Under the pieces are notes generated by a model. That model was not told where the DNA came from, made no database searches, and saw only the letters and a list, made by a program, of their open reading frames with translations. A stretch of 64,000 nt of DNA from an archaeon (lineage in GTDB: Archaea; Nanobdellota; Nanobdellia; SCGC-AAA011-G17; GW2011-AR17). Position numbers and translations under genes: made by a program. Below, piece by piece: positions 1 to 9,267 of the stretch (position 1 is the first letter of the stretch; each line of letters begins with the position of its first letter). The stretch spans positions 2,874 to 66,873 of the forward strand of contig JABHYY010000041.1 of the NCBI GenBank assembly GCA_018653605.1. The letters are read 5' to 3'.

Positions 1-387
1 GTTCATCTACTTCTGGTCTATTTAATATGTTTAATTTCTCTCCAATCTCTTGGTCTTGTTCTCTTGTTAACCAACCTTGCCTAATATTCATTTCTCTGTA
101 AATTTGTGAATCATATATGCACCTATCTCCAATTATTAATTTTTCTGGATGTTTTAGTGCTTGGATAAAGTATTCATAACTTTCAAATGCTCTTTGGGCA
201 TGTTTTAATGCTTGTCTGTGAAAAAAATCAGTTTCAATAACTTCTTCAGCACCTCCCCAATAAAATTGTGGACTTTTTGTTATTGTTTCTGGTGAAATTG
301 CATAAGGTATTTCTTGAATAAGCCTTCTTATGAAAGTAGACTTTCCAGAAGCTTGCGGACCTGATACAAAAACTAGGTTGTTTAATT
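1..387 (-). CDS. P-loop nucleoside/nucleotide kinase-like protein (N-terminal part; gene runs off window start)
   Basis: Manual reverse-complement translation gives MKLNNLVFVSGPQASGKSTFIRRL... with a Walker A (GPQASGKST). About 80 aa further on there is a DRCIYDSQIY stretch resembling the ERS motif of deoxynucleoside kinases. It immediately follows the upstream gene with a 1-nt junction (ends 388, starts 387). Confidence 0.45.
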
Positions 388-1284
388 TCATTTTAGATAG
401 TCAAATTTCTTTTCTCTTGTGAATTGTGCATTTACAATTTTAGCATACCCACTTTCAACACCAATTGAAGCATTTTTTATTATTTGTGATAAAGCTAATA
501 ATTCTGAAACCATTTGCCTTTCAGATCTAAACTCTAAACCTTGATAGGAAGGATGAATACAACTACTATATTCTATTTCAATTTGAAATCTTTCAGAAGG
601 TTTTTTATTTCTTGGTTCTATTTCACAATAGTCAAAAAGGACCATAAATAGTCTTCCTGTTTCTACAGATATAAATTCTGTTCTTGCTCTGTTTCTTTTA
701 ATTCTACCTAAATATCTAGAACCTTCTAAGATAACTCTCTCAATTTCGCTAAAAACATCTGTTTGTGGAACTTCTCTAAGAACTCTTTCTTCTCTTTTTA
801 GAACATATTCTTCATCATCAAACCCAAATTTTGGAGTTTCTGTATCTTCTTTATATTTTAAACTACTTCTTCTTCCTCCTGCCATAATTACTAAAGATTC
901 TCCTTCTTCAGTTCCATAAAACAAGTTGGTAGAATTTCTTTCTTCAGCATCTAGATTAGAAATAAATTCCCCTTCAATACATCGCTCAAGGATAGCCTCT
1001 AAAAAATTATTCAAATAATGTCTTTGTTTATTTAATAAGGATCCAGTTATATCTAATTTTACTTCATATTCAAGACCTGGAAATTCAATTACTGCTTCTT
1101 GATCAGAATGGGAAATTACATGATCTACAAAATGGTATCCAGAGTGTTGTTCTCTTTCTTCAGCATAAAGAGCAAGGAAGGTCTCTTTATCTAAAGTAGA
1201 ATTGAAAACTTTATGTAATTTACCTAATTTTTCACATAACCTCTTACTTTCTTTAATTTCAGCCCTAGTACGTGGAACACCCAT
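388..1284 (-). CDS. Hypothetical protein, possibly CYTH/triphosphate-tunnel-like (weak)
   Basis: Long ORF. The track start at 1299 is TTG, so the ATG six codons in is the likelier start. EYEVKL near residue 78 and QIEIEY near residue 235 weakly resemble the ExExK/EhEhE signature of CYTH enzymes. Co-oriented with and abutting the downstream P-loop kinase. Confidence 0.5.
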   Translation of the reverse strand: MGVPRTRAEIKESKRLCEKLGKLHKVFNSTLDKETFLALYAEEREQHSGYHFVDHVISHSDQEAVIEFPGLEYEVKLDITGSLLNKQRHYLNNFLEAILERCIEGEFISNLDAEERNSTNLFYGTEEGESLVIMAGGRRSSLKYKEDTETPKFGFDDEEYVLKREERVLREVPQTDVFSEIERVILEGSRYLGRIKRNRARTEFISVETGRLFMVLFDYCEIEPRNKKPSERFQIEIEYSSCIHPSYQGLEFRSERQMVSELLALSQIIKNASIGVESGYAKIVNAQFTREKKFDYLK

Positions 1285-1335
1285 AAACACTAATAACAAT
1301 AAAGTTTATATATACTTTAAGTACTCTTTAAGTAC

Positions 1336-2085
1336 ATGAATAAACAAGAGTTTTTTGAATCATTAGGATTTTCTAAATATGAAACAAAAGCAATTATTTC
1401 TTTAATCAAACTTAAGGTAGCTAATTCTAAAGAGATTAGTTTTGATTCTGGAGTTCCACAAAACAAATTATATGAAATACTAAGAAGTTTTGAAAAAAAG
1501 GGGCTACTCGCTAAGGTTCCCCTTGATGTAAAAACATATAGATTGATCAATTTGAAAACATATGTTGATAAAAGGCTTAAAGAGAAGGAAGATAATCTGA
1601 AAAGTCTAAAATCTGAATCAAAACATATAAATGAGCAAGGTGATGAAGGTCATTTTATATTTTCTCTGATTAGAGGACAAAAAACTATTATGAACAAACT
1701 TGCTGAAAATAATATTAAAACAGAAAAAGAAATTTTGGGTGTACAAAGAAGTTGGAAGGTGTGGGGAAAGGGGATTGAAGCAATGAAAGAGGCTGTCAAA
1801 AATGGAGTTAAGGTTAAGTTAATTGGTGAGATTAATGAATCAACAAAAGAGAGAGCTATGGAATGGAAAAAGATTGGTTGTGAGATTAGAGGATATAATA
1901 AGAAATATGGTGAGTTCCCTCTAAGGTTTGGAATTTTTGATAAAAAAGAGGCAAGAATTACTATAGGTAAGCCAGAAATAGAAGATAGGAAAAATTATAT
2001 TACAATATGGACAAAATCCCAGCCATTGGTTAATGTATTACATGAACAGTTTATGGCTATGTGGAAGAATTCTAAGAAGTTTTAA
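1336..2085 (+). CDS. TrmB-family HTH transcriptional regulator
   Basis: N-terminal LGFSKYETKAIISLIKLKVANSKEISFDSGVPQNKLYEILRSFEKKGLL matches the TrmB-type HTH. Length and C-terminal domain are consistent with TrmB. Confidence 0.65.
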   Translation: MNKQEFFESLGFSKYETKAIISLIKLKVANSKEISFDSGVPQNKLYEILRSFEKKGLLAKVPLDVKTYRLINLKTYVDKRLKEKEDNLKSLKSESKHINEQGDEGHFIFSLIRGQKTIMNKLAENNIKTEKEILGVQRSWKVWGKGIEAMKEAVKNGVKVKLIGEINESTKERAMEWKKIGCEIRGYNKKYGEFPLRFGIFDKKEARITIGKPEIEDRKNYITIWTKSQPLVNVLHEQFMAMWKNSKKF

Positions 2086-2390
2086 TTTTAAGGAATTAAA
2101 GGGTATGGTGATTAAATACCTCATTTTATAGTTAATTTAGAATGGTGCCTAACTAACTATGAAAAGACCATTTCATCTATGACTCCTTTTCATATCATCT
2201 TTGTCCTCATTTAGGTGTTTTTGCTTTGCTTAAAAGTTTTAAGAAAACCTTGCTTAAATATTTTAATCAATTAAATATTGCTTAACCTATATATAGGATC
2301 TGAAATATATTTGAAGACCTATAGATTTTATGTCCAATATATAGTGTATACAATATATATATTTATATACTATTCAATTATCTATATTGT

Positions 2391-2705
2391 ATGTCTAACG
2401 AATCACCTCAAATCATCTCTCTGAAAGGTTTCCTTACCTTTCAAATATTACATGAATTAACTAAAGCCAAGCTGTGTGGGGATGAATTAGCAGATATCAT
2501 TGGTTCCAAAAAGGGGTCAAAGTTAACTCCTGGAACCATATATCCTGCTTTAAAATTCTTAAGGAAAAAGAAGCTAGTAAAGCATAAAAAAATAGGGCGA
2601 AAAAAAATCTATACAATTACTGAAAAAGGAACAAAAGAGTGTGAAATTGTAAGAAAAAATTTCTTGAAAATATTCAAAACTGTGCTTAAAACATCTAAGA
2701 AATGA
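2391..2705 (+). CDS. PadR-family winged-helix transcriptional regulator
   Basis: The GTIYPALKFLRKKKLV motif is typical of the PadR recognition helix/wing. Size 104 aa. Confidence 0.65.
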   Translation: MSNESPQIISLKGFLTFQILHELTKAKLCGDELADIIGSKKGSKLTPGTIYPALKFLRKKKLVKHKKIGRKKIYTITEKGTKECEIVRKNFLKIFKTVLKTSKK

Positions 2706-2753
2706 TTAAATATTTTAACAACACAATTTTTAAGTTTTGATCAAAAGTTTTAG

Positions 2754-3611
2754 TCACTTCTTTTTTTCATTTTTCCAAACATCACCTGCTCTTTCAAAAG
2801 CCATTTTACCCTGATACTTGGAAGCCTTTACATAAATCTGGGTTGTTGCAATATCACTGTGACCTGCATAGGATTTTATCAAGAAAGAATCAACACCTTG
2901 ATCAGCCATATGCTGTAATCTTGTGTGTCTAAGCATGTGAGGCCTTAAATCACGCGAAATTAGCTCTTTCCCTAGCTTTTTTAGGTTATACCATACAGTG
3001 ATGGGCTTTATTTTGAAAATAAGCTCATTTGGGCTTGCAATTTGCTCTGATTTCAAATACTTTTTTAGAATTTTTGCTGTAGTTTTCTGAAAAAATACTG
3101 TTCTTGGTTTGTTTCCTTTACCTAAAAGGAACACTTCTCTCGTCGATAAATCTAGATCTTTTAACTTTAAATTTGTTAATTCTGAAACTCTTGCACCTGT
3201 ATCGTACAACATTCTAATTATCAAATTGTCTCTTAAATTTTCTATGTTCTCAACAAGATAGAGCAGTTCTTTTTTGGATAAAACTGATTTAGCTAGCTTT
3301 TGTTGATCTGTTAGGGCTGTTGAGGTGGTTCTTTCAAAGCTTACAATCTCTTTGATGTCTCTTTCTTCATAGCCTAAAGATTTCAAGTATAACCAAAGTG
3401 CATATCTTGCTATGGGATAGCCCCTTTTACGCAGGTAAGCTGCATACTTAAGTTTTAATTCTTTAACATTTTCACCTGGGAAAGACTCTGGGATGTGCTT
3501 AGCTAAGGTAAAGACTCCATGAATGGTCCTTTTTCCTAGTTTTTTTCCAGATTTCTCTCTGCTAAAATCTTTTAAGTAATGCTCGAATAGTTTTAGTTGG
3601 TGTGTTTCCAT
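2754..3611 (-). CDS. xerA: Tyrosine recombinase (XerA/XerCD-like integrase)
   Basis: The C-terminal catalytic region reads RPHMLRHTRLQHMADQG...LIKSYAGHSDIATTQIYVKA, which carries the R-H-R-Y signature. At 285 aa it is typical of archaeal XerA. Confidence 0.8.
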   Translation of the reverse strand: METHQLKLFEHYLKDFSREKSGKKLGKRTIHGVFTLAKHIPESFPGENVKELKLKYAAYLRKRGYPIARYALWLYLKSLGYEERDIKEIVSFERTTSTALTDQQKLAKSVLSKKELLYLVENIENLRDNLIIRMLYDTGARVSELTNLKLKDLDLSTREVFLLGKGNKPRTVFFQKTTAKILKKYLKSEQIASPNELIFKIKPITVWYNLKKLGKELISRDLRPHMLRHTRLQHMADQGVDSFLIKSYAGHSDIATTQIYVKASKYQGKMAFERAGDVWKNEKKK

Positions 3612-3742
3612 GGTAAGTGATTAAATTATAGATTGTATATAATTTAAAGCTTTCGGTTTAGCTTTTTGGAGTTTTATCGACGATAAAGGGTGTTTTTATA
3701 GGTTTTATTGTGTTTGTATTTTTTTAAGTTTTTTGAAAAAAA

Positions 3743-4201
3743 TTAATTTTTTGTTTTTAGAAAACCACCATGATAATACAAAAAATAAACCAATTCACCT
3801 TTGTAAAAAATTTCTTCTTTCCCTTCAAACATCTCTAATGTTCCATTGTTAACATCAACATATTTGAAGTCACCTTCTTCTAATTCGGAAGGGCCTCTGA
3901 ATGGCCTTTTTTCTTCAACTAAATTAAGAGCTTTTTTTAAGAAAGTGTAGATCTCTTTTGCTGGGACTTGTTCCCCAAATATCTTCCCATAGTAATTCAT
4001 TGCCCAGATTAATTGGTCTTCTTTCCATACAATTTCTTCACCTACAAAAGGATCAAATCCAAAATATCTATCCCTATATTTGAAAGTAGCTTCTTTGAAA
4101 ATTAACTCTTTTGATCCATCTTCCAATACTTTTTCTCCACCTTCTCCAGTACTAGCATATGTTGCTTTTTTTGCTTTAATTAAGAACTCTTTTAATTCCA
4201 T
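3743..4201 (-). CDS. DUF5680-like protein
   Basis: Motifs KKATYASTGEGG and WAMNYYGKIFGE plus PFRGPSE...GDFKY resemble the DUF5680 family as I remember it. Confidence 0.45.
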   Translation of the reverse strand: MELKEFLIKAKKATYASTGEGGEKVLEDGSKELIFKEATFKYRDRYFGFDPFVGEEIVWKEDQLIWAMNYYGKIFGEQVPAKEIYTFLKKALNLVEEKRPFRGPSELEEGDFKYVDVNNGTLEMFEGKEEIFYKGELVYFLYYHGGFLKTKN

Positions 4202-4202
4202 T

Positions 4203-4772
4203 TTATTCTTGTTTTTTCTTCTTTCTTAAAGTAGATTTTTTTATATTTTCTAGAAATATATCTTGATCTTTTTTAAGATGGACATAAGCACATTTCTTTA
4301 TAACTTTCTTTGTAACATAATCTTTTTCTTCTAACTTTTTGATTAATTGTGCCATAGCAGAACGAGATTTTGAATACTCTTTATCAGGATAAACTTCTGC
4401 AGCTAATTGTCTTAAAGTTATCCAATCATTATTATCTCTATTAAGCAAAGCAAGTTTTTCACAGACATCATTTTCTGCTAAAGACAATTCTTTATGAGGC
4501 CCTATTTCAGGGATATTTTCAAGAAAATCTTCTTCAGAAAAGGATTCTTTTTGTTCCTTTTCTTGTGATTGTGATGTTAAAAAAGCCTCTAATTTCTCTA
4601 ACCTGCCAAGCACATCTTGGAGATCTTTATCATGAGAATCATGCTTATCTTTAAAATGGTTTATCCATTTTCCAAGATGACTCATATCTTTTTTTATGTT
4701 AGAAAAAGAACCTTTAATTGCTTCATGAGAAACCTCATTATTACCTCTTTTTTTAAATAACCACCAAACCAT
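4203..4772 (-). CDS. Hypothetical coiled-coil + C-terminal winged-helix protein
   Basis: Central charged coiled-coil-like segment, and C-terminal ITLRQLAAEVYPDKEYSKSRSAMAQLIKKLEEKDYV resembling a wHTH. Sits next to a repeat-dense intergenic region. Confidence 0.45.
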   Translation of the reverse strand: MVWWLFKKRGNNEVSHEAIKGSFSNIKKDMSHLGKWINHFKDKHDSHDKDLQDVLGRLEKLEAFLTSQSQEKEQKESFSEEDFLENIPEIGPHKELSLAENDVCEKLALLNRDNNDWITLRQLAAEVYPDKEYSKSRSAMAQLIKKLEEKDYVTKKVIKKCAYVHLKKDQDIFLENIKKSTLRKKKKQE

Positions 4773-4805
4773 ATTTTATTTCAAGTAAGACTTATTTATT
4801 AACTT

Positions 4806-5110
4806 TTTGGATGGTTTAGCAATGGTTTAGTAGTTGTCAAGTTAACGTTTACTAACGTTAGCATGTACGTCAACTTGACGTCAAGTTGACAACTACTTGA
4901 CAAAAACTATACCTAAAAAGAGCTAAGAATGAAGAATTTTAAAGAATAAAAAATAAAGAGATAATTATTGTTTAGTTATTGTTTAGTTATTGTTTAGAAA
5001 TGGTTTAGTAGAGTTATAGACACTCATAGACACTAGCAAAAAAAACAAGAATATGTGCCTAAGTGCCCAATGTATATATAAGATATAACAAGTGTGTGCC
5101 TAATGAATTA
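4806..5110. repeat. Repeat-dense intergenic region (GTTTAG direct repeats, 22-bp perfect palindrome, gtgcctaag motifs)
   Basis: atggtttag occurs 3 times and ttattgtttag 3 times in tandem (4966-4998). A perfect palindrome gtcaacttgacgtcaagttgac lies at about 4869-4890, flanked by partial inverted arms gtagttgtcaagtt and aagttgacaactac. atagacactc is repeated twice. gtgcctaag is at 5054 and a similar gtgcctaat at 5096. Confidence 0.7.
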
Positions 5111-5138
5111 AACACATAAAAAACAATAGAAATGAGAG

Positions 5139-5825
5139 TTAAAAGTCATCTGAAAGGTTTCTTTGTGAGGGATCTAACCTATAGAAAATATTCATAAGCT
5201 TCTTTTTGAGACTTAAATTCCTTATTTCTTCAGGTATTCTGAGGATCACAATTTTATTATTATATTTGCCTTTCTCGACGGGAAAACCCTTTTTTATTAG
5301 GGCACTGACATAAGTTCTAATGCATCCAGGAGTGATTTTAAGGGCATTAGCGACAGTATCATATGTAACTTGGCCTATGTCATCTTCTTGTTGGAAGATT
5401 GTCATGAATGTAATGAATTCTTGCTTTGATAGGAGGGAAAGAAGCCTCGGAAGGTCCTCTTGAAACCCCTTAAAATCATGTGAATAAGGAGTGAATGAAT
5501 AACCAGCAAGTGAATAACCATCTAATGAACCCCCCTTTCTTCCACTGGAGTCTTCACTCTTTAGTGGTTTTTCAAGAATCTGGCCTAATTCTTCAGAATT
5601 TTGGAGATTCAAGTCATTTTTAGGCCTAAAATCATCTATTTTTTGCAAAAGTGAGAGTATTTTGCTATTTTGAGCCTCAATTTGCTTGTTTTGTACCTTA
5701 ATTTGCTCATTTTGAGAAATAATAAACTCTCTATTTTGCTTAATTTCCCCCTCTAAAGCCTCTATATCCTCTCTAACATGCTGAAATGAGACTTTAATTG
5801 ATTTTTTTAGATTAGAATCTAGCAT
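5139..5825 (-). CDS. Hypothetical coiled-coil + C-terminal wHTH DNA-binding protein
   Basis: N-terminal heptad-like Q/N/E/K-rich segment (EALEGEIKQNREFIISQNEQIKVQNKQIEAQNSKILSLLQKI). C-terminal VTYDTVANALKITPGCIRTYVSALIKKGFPV looks like an HTH. Same architecture as 4203..4772. Confidence 0.45.
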   Translation of the reverse strand: MLDSNLKKSIKVSFQHVREDIEALEGEIKQNREFIISQNEQIKVQNKQIEAQNSKILSLLQKIDDFRPKNDLNLQNSEELGQILEKPLKSEDSSGRKGGSLDGYSLAGYSFTPYSHDFKGFQEDLPRLLSLLSKQEFITFMTIFQQEDDIGQVTYDTVANALKITPGCIRTYVSALIKKGFPVEKGKYNNKIVILRIPEEIRNLSLKKKLMNIFYRLDPSQRNLSDDF

Positions 5826-5873
5826 TATTACCCCCAGAAAACTATGAAGTGAGAGTTAATATAAATAAATTAT

Positions 5874-6000
5874 GTGTCCAGAGTGTGCATAATGATGTGT
5901 ATATAAGTGTCCAGAGTGTGTCCAGAGTGTGTCCAGAGTGTGTCCAGAGTGTGTCCAGAGTGTGCCTAAGTGCCTAGAGTGTGTCCAGGATGTGCCTAAG
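5874..6000. repeat. 11-bp tandem direct repeats (gtgtccagagt x5 perfect plus degenerate copies) ending in gtgcctaag motifs
   Basis: Five perfect head-to-tail copies at 5907-5961, one degenerate copy at 5874-5888, followed by gtgcctaagtgcctagagtgtgtccaggatgtgcctaag. Lies in the promoter region of the minus-strand gene 5139..5825. Confidence 0.85.
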
Positions 6001-6043
6001 AAGTGAATAAGTGAATAACTAAGTGTTTAAAATAAAGAAAAAA

Positions 6044-6499
6044 TTATCCAGTGTATTCACTAACTGGACTTTTAGGTTTTTGTTTAGGAGGCTCTCCTGC
6101 TTTAAGAATGGGTAGTCTTATATGAGGTGGTAAACCTACTTCTTGAGTTAATAGAAGTGTTTTAATATTACATCTCATTAGAACATTATTCATTACTAAT
6201 TGAGTTATTTCAGGATCGAATTTCTTATCCTTTTTCCAACCATTAAATACTTCATCTACCTTCTTAGCACTCTCAGCAAATAACAAATGTCCTTCAATAA
6301 GAACTTCTGCTTGTTGGGGATCATACTTTACAGAGAACTCGTAATTAAATCTTAATGCGGGTTCTTTTTTCCCTCCCACTGAAAGGTCTTGTTTTTTTAC
6401 GTCTAAAATTTTCATTCCAGAGTCCACTTTTATAGGGGGCTCTAATTCTTTTTTCTTTTCAACTAAAAACTTGTCAAAGTTAAATCCTATTATTGGCAT
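6044..6499 (-). CDS. Hypothetical protein
   Basis: 151-aa ORF with normal local codon usage. No motif recognised. Confidence 0.4.
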   Translation of the reverse strand: MPIIGFNFDKFLVEKKKELEPPIKVDSGMKILDVKKQDLSVGGKKEPALRFNYEFSVKYDPQQAEVLIEGHLLFAESAKKVDEVFNGWKKDKKFDPEITQLVMNNVLMRCNIKTLLLTQEVGLPPHIRLPILKAGEPPKQKPKSPVSEYTG

Positions 6500-6549
6500 T
6501 TCATATCACCACTATAAAAGAAAATTAAAGTGTTTTTAAAGATTATGGT

Positions 6550-8217
6550 TTACATTTGCTCTACTGTTTCTATGCCTAATAACCACAAACAAGAGCCCAT
6601 TATATTGATGTAGGAATCAACAAGAATATATCTTGCTTTTTGTAACTCATCATTCTCTGCTTTTATTACAGGACATAGTTCATAGAACCTATTAAATGAA
6701 GAAGCAAGATTGTAAGCATATACTGTAATTGCATGAGGGCTATAAGTCTTTGCTGCTTTCTCTAATACAGAAGATAATTCACTAAACTCCCTTACTAGCC
6801 CTTGCTCTGCAGGATGTATTAAAAGATTATAATTGATCTTAGAACTCTTTTTTAATTGTTTTTTTATCTTCTTAGCCCTTACTAAAGAGTATTGTAAATA
6901 AGGACCTGTCTCACCCTCAAAAGATATTGATTCTTTAGGGTTAAATGTAAAATCCTTATGTGCTGAATGTTTTAATAAGTAAAATTTTAATGCAGATAAA
7001 GAAATCTTTCTAGCTAATTCTTCTGTTTTTGTCTTGCTTAATTTGTTTCTTTTTTCTACTTCTTTCCTTGCAAGATTAAACAAATCATCCATAAGGTCGT
7101 CAGCATCTACAACAGTACCTTCTCTAGATTTCATTTTACCTTCTGGAAGAGATACCATACCATAACTTAAATGGTAACAGTCTTTTGCATATTTGTAGCC
7201 TAGTAGATCTAATATTTTGAAAAGGACTTTGAAGTGATAATTCTGTTCGTTCCCAACTACATAAACAGATTTGTTGAATTTGAATTCATTGTATTTTAAA
7301 TTGGCAAGATAAAGGTCTTGAGTAATATATACAGAAGTTCCATCTGCCCTTAGAAGAATCTTTTCTCCTAACTCTCCTCCAAGGTCAATCAGAGTTGCAC
7401 CTGTATCATCTTTCTTAAACAAACCTTTTTTTGTGTTCTCAAGTACTATCTCCTTTCCTTTAAAGTAAGTTTTACTCTCATAATATTCTTTATCAAATTT
7501 TATCCCAAAAGTTTTGTATGTTTCTTTGAACCCTTCAAAAGCCCACTTGTTCATCTTTTTCCAAAGCTTGATTGTTTCTTTGTCTCCTAGTTCCCATTTC
7601 CTTAACATCTCTCTTGCTTCATCTTCTAGCTTTGGTTCTTTTTTTGCTTTTTGTGCAAATAAAACATAATAATCCCCTATGAAATGGTCTGATTTCTTGT
7701 TTGGTTCTTTGCCTTTACCCCACTTTTGGTAGGCTAACATAGACTTACATATATGTATCCCTCTATCATTGTTTAGGTTTAATCTTTTAATTTTGGAACC
7801 TTGAGATTCTAAAATTCTTGAAACTGATTCTCCTAGTGCCATATTCCTTAAGTGGCCTAGATGTAAAGGTTTGTTTGTGTTTGGAGATGGGAATTCTACA
7901 AGAGTTGTTTTCTTATTGTTATTTTTGAAAGCGTATTTCTCTTTGGTTGTTTGCTTTAGAATTGCTTCACTTCTTTTTGTTTTGTTAACAAAGAAGTTTA
8001 AGTATGGACCTGTTGCTTTGATCTCTTTAATATTAGTATTGGGCTTGATTTTTTTTGCTAAATCTTGTGCTATTTGCTGGGGAGCCTTTTTGTAAGCTTT
8101 AGCTAATGTAAAACAAGGTAAGGCATAATCTCCCATTTCTGGATTAGATGGAACTTCTAATAAATCTTCTTTTATTTCTTTTTTTAATAATTTTAATATT
8201 TCTTTTCTGAAATCCAT
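6550..8217 (-). CDS. argS: Arginine--tRNA ligase
   Basis: Class I HIGH-type motif PSPNTNKPLHLGHLRN, KMSKS-like GKMKSREGT, C-terminal DALR-like anticodon-binding region. 555 aa. Confidence 0.85.
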   Translation of the reverse strand: MDFRKEILKLLKKEIKEDLLEVPSNPEMGDYALPCFTLAKAYKKAPQQIAQDLAKKIKPNTNIKEIKATGPYLNFFVNKTKRSEAILKQTTKEKYAFKNNNKKTTLVEFPSPNTNKPLHLGHLRNMALGESVSRILESQGSKIKRLNLNNDRGIHICKSMLAYQKWGKGKEPNKKSDHFIGDYYVLFAQKAKKEPKLEDEAREMLRKWELGDKETIKLWKKMNKWAFEGFKETYKTFGIKFDKEYYESKTYFKGKEIVLENTKKGLFKKDDTGATLIDLGGELGEKILLRADGTSVYITQDLYLANLKYNEFKFNKSVYVVGNEQNYHFKVLFKILDLLGYKYAKDCYHLSYGMVSLPEGKMKSREGTVVDADDLMDDLFNLARKEVEKRNKLSKTKTEELARKISLSALKFYLLKHSAHKDFTFNPKESISFEGETGPYLQYSLVRAKKIKKQLKKSSKINYNLLIHPAEQGLVREFSELSSVLEKAAKTYSPHAITVYAYNLASSFNRFYELCPVIKAENDELQKARYILVDSYINIMGSCLWLLGIETVEQM

Positions 8218-8235
8218 AGAAGTAATAAAGAATCT

Positions 8236-8718
8236 CTAATTATTAAGCTTTTTGTAGATCTTTATGAAAAGATCGTCTTCAATATTTAATCCTAATTGTA
8301 AAAGAGTGTTTGCTAACTCCTTTGCTCTATCTTTAAGCTCTGTTTTTTTGAACCTGAAGTTGTATGCTTTGTTTAATGTATAGTTGCATAGAAAGCCCTC
8401 ATTTAACTCAAAATTGAAAGAAGGTACTAGGTAAGGATTTAGTCTGAACTTTATTGGTTGGAAATATCTTTTGTTCTTTTCTATCCCATGGTTCTTTAGC
8501 TCGTGTTCTATTAGATCTTGTATAATTGTTCTATAGGGAGTTAGTTTAAAGTATTTTATTGGTTTTTCAAAAGGTATACTGTCTGTTTTCTCTAGTCTAG
8601 TGCACTTTCCAAGGTATTTTGTAGCTCTTTGTCGGGTTGCTTTTTTCCTTTTATACCATTTGTTCTCAATGGCATATAAATAGCTGTTTCCCTTGATAAT
8701 TTTTGTTCTTAGAAACAT
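8236..8718 (-). CDS. Hypothetical basic protein
   Basis: 160-aa ORF with a K/R-rich N-terminus. No recognised domain. Confidence 0.4.
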   Translation of the reverse strand: MFLRTKIIKGNSYLYAIENKWYKRKKATRQRATKYLGKCTRLEKTDSIPFEKPIKYFKLTPYRTIIQDLIEHELKNHGIEKNKRYFQPIKFRLNPYLVPSFNFELNEGFLCNYTLNKAYNFRFKKTELKDRAKELANTLLQLGLNIEDDLFIKIYKKLNN

Positions 8719-8759
8719 CCTTTCATGGTGCCTAACTTAATTTATAAGAATTTCGGTGT

Positions 8760-9206
8760 TTAGGGGTTTTTCCAGTCGTCGACAAATATTTCATGATAAC
8801 CATCAGGGAGTTTTGTTATTATCCTCGATATGCCTGCGTTGATTATCATCCTTTTACAGAAGACACAGGGTTTTGATAAAGCAACTGTTTTGTTCTTAGT
8901 GTTCTCTCCATACATGTAAAGTGTTGAACCTATCATCTGTTCTCTTGGTGCGAAAATGATTGCGTTTGCTTCTGCATGAACTGATTTGCACAGTTCATAC
9001 TTTTCACCTGAAGGAATGTTTAAGTTTTCTCTTTCACAGAAACCAATGTCTATGCAGTGAGGGATGCCTGAAGGGGTTGATGCCCAACCTGTGCTTATGA
9101 TCTTATTATCATTTACTATGATTGTTCCAAACTTTCTTCTGATGCAAGTAGATTTTTGTGCTACTTCTCTTGCAATGTTTAGATAAAATTCATCTTTGTT
9201 TCCCAT
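8760..9206 (-). CDS. dCMP deaminase (cytidine/deoxycytidylate deaminase family)
   Basis: Zinc-ligand motifs HAEANAI and PCVFCKRMI (H-A-E ... P-C-x-x-C). 148 aa, typical of ComEB/dCMP deaminase. Confidence 0.8.
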   Translation of the reverse strand: MGNKDEFYLNIAREVAQKSTCIRRKFGTIIVNDNKIISTGWASTPSGIPHCIDIGFCERENLNIPSGEKYELCKSVHAEANAIIFAPREQMIGSTLYMYGENTKNKTVALSKPCVFCKRMIINAGISRIITKLPDGYHEIFVDDWKNP

Positions 9207-9267
9207 GTTTTAATATATGTATTGAAAGTATAAAAAGATTTATATGGTTTGAAAAAAAATCAAAGTT

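Noticed and set aside
5874-6000. 11-bp tandem direct repeats considered as a CRISPR array
   Set aside because: The repeats are only 11 bp, directly abutting, with no spacers and no cas genes. They look like iteron-type or regulatory repeats.
2754-6499. Integrated provirus
   Set aside because: No capsid, terminase or portal-like genes, no att duplication and no tRNA target. I kept only the weaker integrated-element or regulatory-hub hypothesis.
7871-8095. Plus-strand 74-aa ORF inside argS
   Set aside because: Embedded antisense in a well-supported aminoacyl-tRNA synthetase gene. Hydrophobic low-complexity translation.
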